A DNA stretch of 64,000 nucleotides, from contig CAWKFV010000008.1 of NCBI GenBank assembly GCA_963848865.1, positions 27,150 to 91,149 on the forward strand. The letters run 5' to 3'. Positions 9,709 to 17,552 of this stretch are shown here, piece by piece. The first letter of the stretch is position 1. Every line of letters starts with the position of its first letter. Under the pieces are notes generated by a model. It had not been told where the DNA came from. It did no database searches and was given only the letters and a program-made list of their open reading frames with translations. The position numbers and the translations under genes were made by a program. This DNA is from an uncultured Flavobacteriaceae bacterium. Lineage in GTDB: Bacteria > Bacteroidota > Bacteroidia > Flavobacteriales > Flavobacteriaceae.

Positions 9709-10665
9709 ATGTCCCAGTACCAAGAAACATCTTCTTCCGTCTATGTAGGAAGAAAATCCGAACAGCAACGCTACTTACATGAAAAAATTAGTTGTTCCCC
9801 TGTTTCCAAAATAGAAGAAAAAGCCTCAGAAAAAACCATTGCAATACTAGGCTATTCTTGCGAAGAAGGCGTGAAAAGAAATCATGGTCGTACAGGCACC
9901 GATCAAGGACCGGATGCTATTAGAAGGCAATTGGGAAAGCTTCCCAACCATCTTCCGCCTTCCACGAATTTGGTAGATACCGGCACTATAAACTGTATCG
10001 ATTTTAATTTGGAGACGGCACAGTCAGAACTTACAGAAACCATATCGGAAATTTTAGCCGCTAAAGCTTTTCCGATTATTTTAGGCGGCGGACATGACAT
10101 GGCCTATAGCACCTATAACGGATTGAGAAAACATCTTGGTAGTACAAAAACCATAGGCATAATTAATTTTGATGCCCATTTTGACTTACGTTCTAATGAA
10201 GACGGCAATAATTCCGGAACACCATTTTATCAGATTGCGCAGGATTGTAAAACTTCCGAAACACGGTTCAATTATTTGTGTTTAGGGATACGAAAAGATG
10301 CCAATGACCGTGTACTATTTAATACTGCAAAAGACCTTGAGGTAAAATACATTCTGCGGGATACCTTTAGAATCGAATTTCACACAGAGATAAATGAATG
10401 GATCAATGCTTTTATTAAAAACGTGGATGCGGTTTATGTAACCATAGATCTTGACGGATTTTCATCTGCTTATGCTCCTGGAGTAAGTGCTCCATCTCCT
10501 ATGGGTTTTACGCCAGATGTAGTTTTAGAATCCCTCAAAACCATCTCATCTACAGGTAAATTATGTGCTTTGGACATTGCCGAAATGAACCCGGACTTTG
10601 ATGTGGACAGTCAAACCGCTAGGTTAGCTGCTTCTTTGGTGCACCATGTAATTCATTCAATATAA
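9709..10665 (+). CDS. hutG: Formimidoylglutamase
   Basis: Ureohydrolase motifs LGGGHD, NFDAHFDLR, NSGTPF, TIDLD, APGVSAP; last gene of the hut operon. Confidence 0.93.
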   Translation: MSQYQETSSSVYVGRKSEQQRYLHEKISCSPVSKIEEKASEKTIAILGYSCEEGVKRNHGRTGTDQGPDAIRRQLGKLPNHLPPSTNLVDTGTINCIDFNLETAQSELTETISEILAAKAFPIILGGGHDMAYSTYNGLRKHLGSTKTIGIINFDAHFDLRSNEDGNNSGTPFYQIAQDCKTSETRFNYLCLGIRKDANDRVLFNTAKDLEVKYILRDTFRIEFHTEINEWINAFIKNVDAVYVTIDLDGFSSAYAPGVSAPSPMGFTPDVVLESLKTISSTGKLCALDIAEMNPDFDVDSQTARLAASLVHHVIHSI

Positions 10666-10691
10666 AAATTCAACTACCGTACATTCCCAAA

Positions 10692-10795
10692 AACAAAAAA
10701 AGCCTCCCTAAATGGAAAGCCTTTCATTGGTAAAATCGATTAAAAATCGATTCACACTGATTGTCCCAAACAATGTCTAGGACACAACACAACTT
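10692..10795 (-). ncRNA. Candidate stand-alone small RNA (about 100 nt)
   Basis: Minus-strand -7 box TATCTTTG (10798-10805), hairpins, and a terminator GGCTTTCC-ATTTA-GGGAGGCTTTTTTT whose G-U pairs form only on the minus strand. Both flanking genes are on +. Confidence 0.55.
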
Positions 10796-11031
10796 GACAA
10801 AGATAGGAAAGGTTTTTAAATTTAAAATATAGCGGTTTAATTTCTTATTGGATAAAATGGCCCAATTGTACTATGAACTGAAAAATGTAAGCCCATTTAA
10901 TAGCGGACAAACTACCAGTATTTTGGATAGACTACACCCTCCCCTTCCTTTATCGACAAACCATGTCAGTTAACGCATTTGGACTACAAGTTTTGTATTA
11001 GGCTGTAATTTGAAGTCCCAAATCCAAACCT

Positions 11032-12225
11032 ATGACCAGCCTACAAAAAAGGTGCAAAATCTTTATTGCCATAATTTCCATTACCTTATTGGCTTCTTGT
11101 CAAAAAGACGATTTGGTCCTTGAAGAAAATATCCAAGTAGTTTTAGAGGAAGGTTACGGAGATAAAGCCGAGGAGGACGATAACAATAGCTCTTTTAACC
11201 TTGAATCCTATAATAATTGGATTTTTAAAATGCAGCAGCCGTCCGGGCTTCTACAAAGTACAGAAAGTACAGATTTTGTTTCCCTTTATGACAATGCGCT
11301 AGCAGCTATTCTTTTTATCCAGGAAAATTCACGACAAAAAGCGGAGCGGATATTTGACTTCTATGTTACCAAATTAGATGATGAGCTTCTAAAAAATGGT
11401 GGCTTCTATCAATCTAGAAACGCTAAGGGTGAGGAAGGAGAACGCATTTGGATGGGCGATAATGCTTGGCTCCTGATTGCATTGAACCATTACGAAGCTA
11501 AATATCAATCTAACAAATATCAGGAAATGTCCAAAGGATTGGAACATTGGCTACGCTCACTGCAGGATAGCGACGGAGGAATTAAAGGAGGTATAAACAG
11601 TAACGGAACAGAGATACCAAAAGTAACGGAAGGTATTTTAATGGCTTTTAATGCGGTAAAAGGTTTTGATGGGTTTCATGAAGGTATTCTCGAATTTTTG
11701 AAAACAAACCGATGGGATGCCGATTTGCACATTTTAACGGCTTGGCCAGAAAATCCCGATTATACTTACGCTATGGATCTGCATCCTTTAGGCATTGGTG
11801 TTTTTGAAGATATGCCGGATGACATTTTGTTTCAAGCCAATAGGTATTTAAACAACCAAGAAAATACCCTTACCGGAGAAGAAGTTTTAGGGTATTGCTT
11901 TGATGATGACAAAGATGTTGTTTGGTTAGAAGGTACTGCGCAAATGGCGGTTGCCTTTAATAGCATAGCAAGGTACGACCTCTCCAGTAAATTAATATTG
12001 GAATTGGAGAAGACAATTATGCAAAGTAGTGCAATTGACAATGCGGAAGGAATTCCTTATACTACGAACCATGCTACAACTTATGGAGCAACGCTACTCT
12101 GGGACCATACGGATATTACTTCCGCTCTTTCCTCAACTATTTGGTATTCGTTTGCAAAAGCAAATTTTAACCCACTTCATCTGGGAAGGAAAATTAATAT
12201 TCCAGAAGAAAACAAGTTTTGGTAG
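11032..12225 (+). CDS. Lipoprotein with putative six-hairpin glycosidase-like fold
   Basis: Lipobox LLASC; motifs SLYDNALA, WMGDNAW, LQDSDGG, VWLEGTAQMAVA resemble (alpha/alpha)6-barrel proteins. Confidence 0.6.
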   Translation: MTSLQKRCKIFIAIISITLLASCQKDDLVLEENIQVVLEEGYGDKAEEDDNNSSFNLESYNNWIFKMQQPSGLLQSTESTDFVSLYDNALAAILFIQENSRQKAERIFDFYVTKLDDELLKNGGFYQSRNAKGEEGERIWMGDNAWLLIALNHYEAKYQSNKYQEMSKGLEHWLRSLQDSDGGIKGGINSNGTEIPKVTEGILMAFNAVKGFDGFHEGILEFLKTNRWDADLHILTAWPENPDYTYAMDLHPLGIGVFEDMPDDILFQANRYLNNQENTLTGEEVLGYCFDDDKDVVWLEGTAQMAVAFNSIARYDLSSKLILELEKTIMQSSAIDNAEGIPYTTNHATTYGATLLWDHTDITSALSSTIWYSFAKANFNPLHLGRKINIPEENKFW

Positions 12226-12295
12226 TATCAGGACTTGCTTCTAGCCCATTTTTTTTATTTTTGGATGCTCGTTACAATAACGTATTAATCTGAAC

Positions 12296-13753
12296 ATGAA
12301 AAATATTATAATTTTCGTCCTTGTCCTATTGCTTTCTGGGTGCAAAGGATCCTCACAAAAAACCGAAACCCAGGAACCAACCGGGGTAGACAACCTTGCA
12401 TATAAATGGGGAGAAATGGCTTTGGAAGCCACTGCAAATGACACAGAAACATTTAAACCAAGACCTACAATTACATCTAGATTTTTGGGTTTGATATTCA
12501 CCTCAATTTTTGATGCTTGGTCCCGTTACGATGAAAATGCAATTCCTGTATATTTATCTGATGTAGAGCGGAGACCTTCCAACGAGAGGAATTTAAAAAA
12601 TAAGGAAATTGCCATAAGTTATGCTGCTTTTGGGGCAATGAAAGAATACTATTATTCAGATACAGAATTGTTCCGAAACTTCATGAAGGAATTAGGATTA
12701 GACCCCGATAACAGTTCTTTAGACCCATCTACTCCAGAAGGCATTGGAAATTTAGCCGCCAAAGCTGTAATAGAAGCTAGAAAAAATGATGGGAGTAATC
12801 AATATGGCAATGAAGAAGGTTCAAATGGTGAGCCTTATTATGACTATACCAACTATAGTCCAGTAAACTCTCCTGATGAGTATGTTGATGGCAACAGGTG
12901 GCAACCCAAATACTTTTCAGATGGGAAAGGTGGACAGTTTGCGCCGAGTTGCCTAACACCCTACTGGCAGCACGTAGAACCCATTTCTTTAAAATCGGCT
13001 GACCAATTTAGACCGGGACCTCCACCAATGCTAGGTTCGGAACAATTGAAAAAAGAAGTTAAGGAAGTTATTGACTTGCAGGCCAATCTTACCGATGAAG
13101 ATAAGGCGTTGGTTGAATTTATGCGCGACGGTCCACAGTCCGTGCAACAAGCCGGACATTGGCTAAAATTTGCCCAAGATGTTTCCAGAAGGGATAATCA
13201 TACTTTGGACGATGACGTGAAAATGTACTTTTTAACGGAGGTGGCTGCAATGGATGCGTTTATCGCCTCGTGGGATTCCAAGATGTTTTATGATTATGCC
13301 AGACCCTATTCCCTTGTGCATGATTATTATCAAGATGAAGTAATCAAGGCCTGGGGCGGTCCTGGAGAGGGAATGATAGAAATGAAAGGGGAACAATGGA
13401 GGCCTTATTCACCAGATACATTTTTATGTCCCCCATTTCCAAGTTACACATCGGGCCATAGTACAATTAGTGGAGCTTGTGGAGAAGTGTTGCGCTTGTT
13501 CACAGGCGATGACTATTTTGGGGAAGAAGTTGAATTAGTTCCAGGTTCTTTGACGGAGATTGATTCTACATATTTCGGAGAGCCGGTCACCATTAAGTTT
13601 CCGACATTTACAGAAGCAGCGGAAATGGCAGGTATTTCAAGGGTAATGGGCGGTTATCATATACAATCTGATAATATAGCCGGACTACAACTTGGTAGGG
13701 ACGTTGCCAGTGAAACTTGGAAATTTTACAATAGACACCTAGGTAACGAATAA
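12296..13753 (+). CDS. Vanadium-dependent haloperoxidase (PAP2-like) lipoprotein
   Basis: Lipobox LSGC; vanadate-binding motifs KMFYDYARP, PPFPSYTSGH, SRVMGGYH. Confidence 0.85.
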   Translation: MKNIIIFVLVLLLSGCKGSSQKTETQEPTGVDNLAYKWGEMALEATANDTETFKPRPTITSRFLGLIFTSIFDAWSRYDENAIPVYLSDVERRPSNERNLKNKEIAISYAAFGAMKEYYYSDTELFRNFMKELGLDPDNSSLDPSTPEGIGNLAAKAVIEARKNDGSNQYGNEEGSNGEPYYDYTNYSPVNSPDEYVDGNRWQPKYFSDGKGGQFAPSCLTPYWQHVEPISLKSADQFRPGPPPMLGSEQLKKEVKEVIDLQANLTDEDKALVEFMRDGPQSVQQAGHWLKFAQDVSRRDNHTLDDDVKMYFLTEVAAMDAFIASWDSKMFYDYARPYSLVHDYYQDEVIKAWGGPGEGMIEMKGEQWRPYSPDTFLCPPFPSYTSGHSTISGACGEVLRLFTGDDYFGEEVELVPGSLTEIDSTYFGEPVTIKFPTFTEAAEMAGISRVMGGYHIQSDNIAGLQLGRDVASETWKFYNRHLGNE

Positions 13754-13810
13754 TACTATTGACAACAACATCTAAAAGTTTACTTAAAAAACTTTTAAGT
13801 TTCTTTATGT

Positions 13811-14269
13811 CTAACCTAGGCCCTTCATAGAAAGAATTGTGGCAAACCATACGATTACCGAAGAAAGAAATATTCCAATGGTATTCGCCGTAAAAGCTCT
13901 TTTCTTTTCAATCTTAAAAAGATAACTGGCAATACTGCCCGCATAAACACCTGTTCCGGGTATTGGCAACATCACAAAGAAAATAAGCCCATAAAAACCA
14001 TATTTTTTTATCTTATCGCCTGACCCGATTTTTGCTTTCCTTGCAACATAGATTGCGGACTTTTTATAAAACACCCATCTTAAAAGCAAGGTGTTAATAT
14101 GCTCTAAAAAGAACATCATTATGGGAAATACAAGAAGATTCGCTAAAAAGCACGCCACAAACACCAGGTAGATATTTACGCCGCTCAGTATTCCATACGG
14201 AATACCTACTTTGGCTTCTCCAAAAGGAGAAACACTCCAAAGTATCGCTATTACTAAATCCTTAATCAA
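13811..14269 (-). CDS. Small multidrug-export-like membrane protein (COG2426)
   Basis: SPFGEAKVGIP and FVMLPIPGTGVYAG motifs; hydrophobic. Confidence 0.85.
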   Translation of the reverse strand: MIKDLVIAILWSVSPFGEAKVGIPYGILSGVNIYLVFVACFLANLLVFPIMMFFLEHINTLLLRWVFYKKSAIYVARKAKIGSGDKIKKYGFYGLIFFVMLPIPGTGVYAGSIASYLFKIEKKRAFTANTIGIFLSSVIVWFATILSMKGLG

Positions 14270-14431
14270 TTTATAGTCCGATTTTAAGAAGCTGCAAACC
14301 TAAGCTACATGGGCTGATAAAGGCATTATATTATCATAAAAAATCATTAAAATATTTCTGACATTCGAATACTTTCAAAATCGCTATTTTAGAGTTTCAT
14401 ATATTAATTTGAACTATTCCATTTCATCACT

Positions 14432-15823
14432 ATGAAAAAGAACAACACAAGAAGATCTTTCCTAAGGAAAGCTACGTTAGGTTCCGCCGCAATGGCCTCG
14501 GGACCACTTTTACTTGCTTCACCTTTTGAGGAAAAAATTCTCCTTATGCGCAATTATGTCATCAACGAGTTTTCCTATAATGATCAAATTAATATTGCAT
14601 TAATAGGTTCGGGCATTCAAGGCATTTATGATACGCAGGCCGCTTTAAGTGTTGATGGAGTAAAACTAGTTGCTGTATGCGACCTTTATCAGGGTAGGTT
14701 AGATCGTGCCATAGAATTTTGGGGCAATGACCTTATGGTAACGAGGGATTATCGAAAAATTTTAGAACGGAAAGATATTGATGCCGTAATTATTGCCACC
14801 CCAGATCATTGGCATCAGAAAATTGTGATTGACGCTTTAAAGGCGGGTAAGCACGTGTACTGCGAAAAACCAATGGTTCAAAAATTTGAGGAAGGCCAAG
14901 CCATTATTCAAGCGCAAAAAGAAAGTGGTAAAATTTTACAGGTTGGAAGCCAAGGAATGTCATCCCTTGGAAATGAAAAAGCAAAACAATTGTACGAAGA
15001 AGGTGCCATTGGCGATATTGTAATGTTGGACATGTATAATGACCGATATTCTGCAGAAGGTGCTTGGCAATATCCCATTCCGCCAGATGCCAATCCTAAT
15101 ACAATTGACTTTGATACCTTTCTAGGTAGCGCCCCAAAAACACCTTTTGAATTAAAGCGATTTTTTAGATGGAGAAATTATCAGGATTACGGTACAGGAG
15201 TGGCAGGAGATTTATTTGTACATGCATTTTCTACCCTAAACTATATTCTCAGTTCCCATGGTCCAAATAGGGCGTTATCAACAGGTGGACTTAGATATTG
15301 GAACGACGGGCGCGATGTTCCGGATGTGACCATAACACTATATGACTATCCCAAAACTGCTACACACGCTGCATTTAATGCGGCGTTTCGAATCAATTTC
15401 ATTGCCGGTAATGGCGGCGGTGGAGGGTTTAAGTTAATAGGTACGGAAGGTGAAATGGAGGTAGGTCAAAATAGGGTGAAACTTACTAGGTCTAAATTAG
15501 GGATGATTCCAGGTGGTTATTCCATGATTTCCTTTACCGAAGCTACCCAAGAAAAAATTAGAAAAGACTATGCGAGTCAAAATCTGGAGTCAAGATTATC
15601 CAGTTTAGAAACCGGCACCACTACTTGGGAAGCTCCAAGAGACTACAAAGGTGGACATCATGACCATTTCAATAATTTTTTTACTGCGATCCGCTCTAAC
15701 GGAAAGGTAATTGAGGACGCAACTTTTGGTCTACGCGCAGCAGGAGCAGCATTACTTGCTAACGAAAGTTACTTCAAAAAGCAACCAGTGAATTGGGACC
15801 CTGAGCTTATGAAGTTAGTATGA
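14432..15823 (+). CDS. Tat-exported Gfo/Idh/MocA oxidoreductase
   Basis: TRRSFL Tat motif, IGSGIQG, ATPDHWH, VYCEKP, GDLFVH. Confidence 0.9.
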   Translation: MKKNNTRRSFLRKATLGSAAMASGPLLLASPFEEKILLMRNYVINEFSYNDQINIALIGSGIQGIYDTQAALSVDGVKLVAVCDLYQGRLDRAIEFWGNDLMVTRDYRKILERKDIDAVIIATPDHWHQKIVIDALKAGKHVYCEKPMVQKFEEGQAIIQAQKESGKILQVGSQGMSSLGNEKAKQLYEEGAIGDIVMLDMYNDRYSAEGAWQYPIPPDANPNTIDFDTFLGSAPKTPFELKRFFRWRNYQDYGTGVAGDLFVHAFSTLNYILSSHGPNRALSTGGLRYWNDGRDVPDVTITLYDYPKTATHAAFNAAFRINFIAGNGGGGGFKLIGTEGEMEVGQNRVKLTRSKLGMIPGGYSMISFTEATQEKIRKDYASQNLESRLSSLETGTTTWEAPRDYKGGHHDHFNNFFTAIRSNGKVIEDATFGLRAAGAALLANESYFKKQPVNWDPELMKLV

Positions 15824-15871
15824 TGATTTTCACTTTAAAACTTCTTAGCAAAAGAGTATATATTCTATAAG

Positions 15872-15898
15872 AAAGGTCGGTATTTACACACCGACCTT
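15872..15898. terminator. Probable bidirectional intrinsic terminator
   Basis: AAGGTCGGT-ATTTACAC-ACCGACCTT hairpin between convergent genes, with a T-rich tract after it. Confidence 0.7.
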
Positions 15899-15931
15899 CA
15901 TTTTCTTTTAATTTCACAGTTTTACATACTT

Positions 15932-16261
15932 CTATCCAGCTACTTCAATAGGAATTCTGTAAACGATTCCAAGTTTATAGCTGTCCCGCTGTACTGTGTT
16001 GTTATCTATGGTATTCATTATTAACTTTTCAAGATTTTCATCCGATGAGTCCACAGATAAGACATGTATCTGTCCAAAACTATCAACGGACAAACGCACC
16101 TCAGCAACAGCGCCTTCACCTATGAAGGACAATGAATTTTTCTTTAACATTTTAGAAATTTGAAATGTTAACTTTTTCGTTGGTTCGACAGTTTCATTAG
16201 CCATGATCCCACTACTGGTAAATAAAACGGCTAGCATTAGAAGTAAACTTATTTTTTTCAT
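15932..16261 (-). CDS. Small secreted hypothetical protein
   Basis: Sec signal MKKISLLLMLAVLFTSSGIMA; 109 aa with a TonB-C-like pattern (VRLSVDSFGQIHVLSV..YRIPI). Confidence 0.75.
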   Translation of the reverse strand: MKKISLLLMLAVLFTSSGIMANETVEPTKKLTFQISKMLKKNSLSFIGEGAVAEVRLSVDSFGQIHVLSVDSSDENLEKLIMNTIDNNTVQRDSYKLGIVYRIPIEVAG

Positions 16262-16528
16262 CGTTATTTTTTTAAATTGGAAATACTATTAAAGATATGG
16301 TAAAATTATCAAGTAAATTTGAATATTTGATAATTTTTAACATATTAAAACAGTAATATCATAATATTACTATTTGAGGAGGCAATAATAAAATCCAAAT
16401 AGTACGACTACATTAGTAGCTATGAATCCCAAATTGATATCCTAAGTTGGTAGTAAGTAAAACGGAAGGAGATTGTAATTCAAGAACATTAATTAATTGT
16501 GAAATCCAATTAGAAATGAATAAAAGTC

Positions 16529-16990
16529 CTATTCCTTAAACTCAATATGTCTTGTGAGGTTTTCCTGAACTGAAATAAAGGACTCCACCGCCTTTATTCC
16601 AGTAATTGTTAATATGGAATCCTGGTAAACTTTGCGATAGTGTATACTATCCTTTGCATGCATTTTAATAAAAATGTCATATTTACCTGTCACATGATGA
16701 ACTTTAACTACTTCCTCAATCTTCATGAGATTAGTAATTACTTCCTTATATAAGGTGCTTTCTGTCAGGTAAATTCCTAAAAACACGGTTAGATTCCAAC
16801 CTATTTTACTGTAATCCAAATTTAAGGTAGTACCTACAATAAGTCCCAATTCCCGCATTTTCCGCATTCGAAGGTGAACGGTTCCTGGAGAAATAATAAG
16901 CTTTTTGGCAACTTCGGTATATGGGGTCTGTGCATCTTCTGCCAAGATGGTAAGAATTCTAAAATCAACATGGTCTAATTTGTTCTTCAC
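16529..16990 (-). CDS. Lrp/AsnC family transcriptional regulator
   Basis: LDHVDFRILTILAEDAQTPYTEVAKKL HTH and RAM-domain VTGKYD; divergent from the TonB receptor operon. Confidence 0.93.
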   Translation of the reverse strand: MKNKLDHVDFRILTILAEDAQTPYTEVAKKLIISPGTVHLRMRKMRELGLIVGTTLNLDYSKIGWNLTVFLGIYLTESTLYKEVITNLMKIEEVVKVHHVTGKYDIFIKMHAKDSIHYRKVYQDSILTITGIKAVESFISVQENLTRHIEFKE

Positions 16991-17552
16991 GCCTTACTTA
17001 TTGACTTCCTTGCAAATAGCAAAATATTCTTATTTCAAGAACCACTTAATGCCTTACAATTTGCTGATTCTTTCATTCAGAATAGCTCCAAAGTAAATAT
17101 AATTCATCGATTTATAATTTTACGTAATTATACTGCAATACATAAAGCAAAATTATGACAATACATCAATATTAATTGTGAAAAATAGCATTTTAATAAA
17201 AATAATTGAATTTAAACTATTGATGATTTTTCAATTTATTATTGTCAAAAAATCCAAATACTATCATATCGCCATGATACATCTATAAAAATGGTGATTA
17301 TTTAGTTTTTTGTTATCTATTCACTTTAAAACATAGGTTTTCCAAGAAAACCCAATTTTATTATATCGTTAACTCTAATTAATATTGGGGGTGCATAAAT
17401 CTACAGTTTAAACTCAAGATTTATACATAGATAAAGTGTCCGGAACTTTTCTTAATCCATATTCCAAACAATTCTTTACTAAAGGAATTTAGTAAGGTTT
17501 AGTTGAATCTAGACTATGGATTTTTGAGTAATAACCACTAAACCTCAAACTA

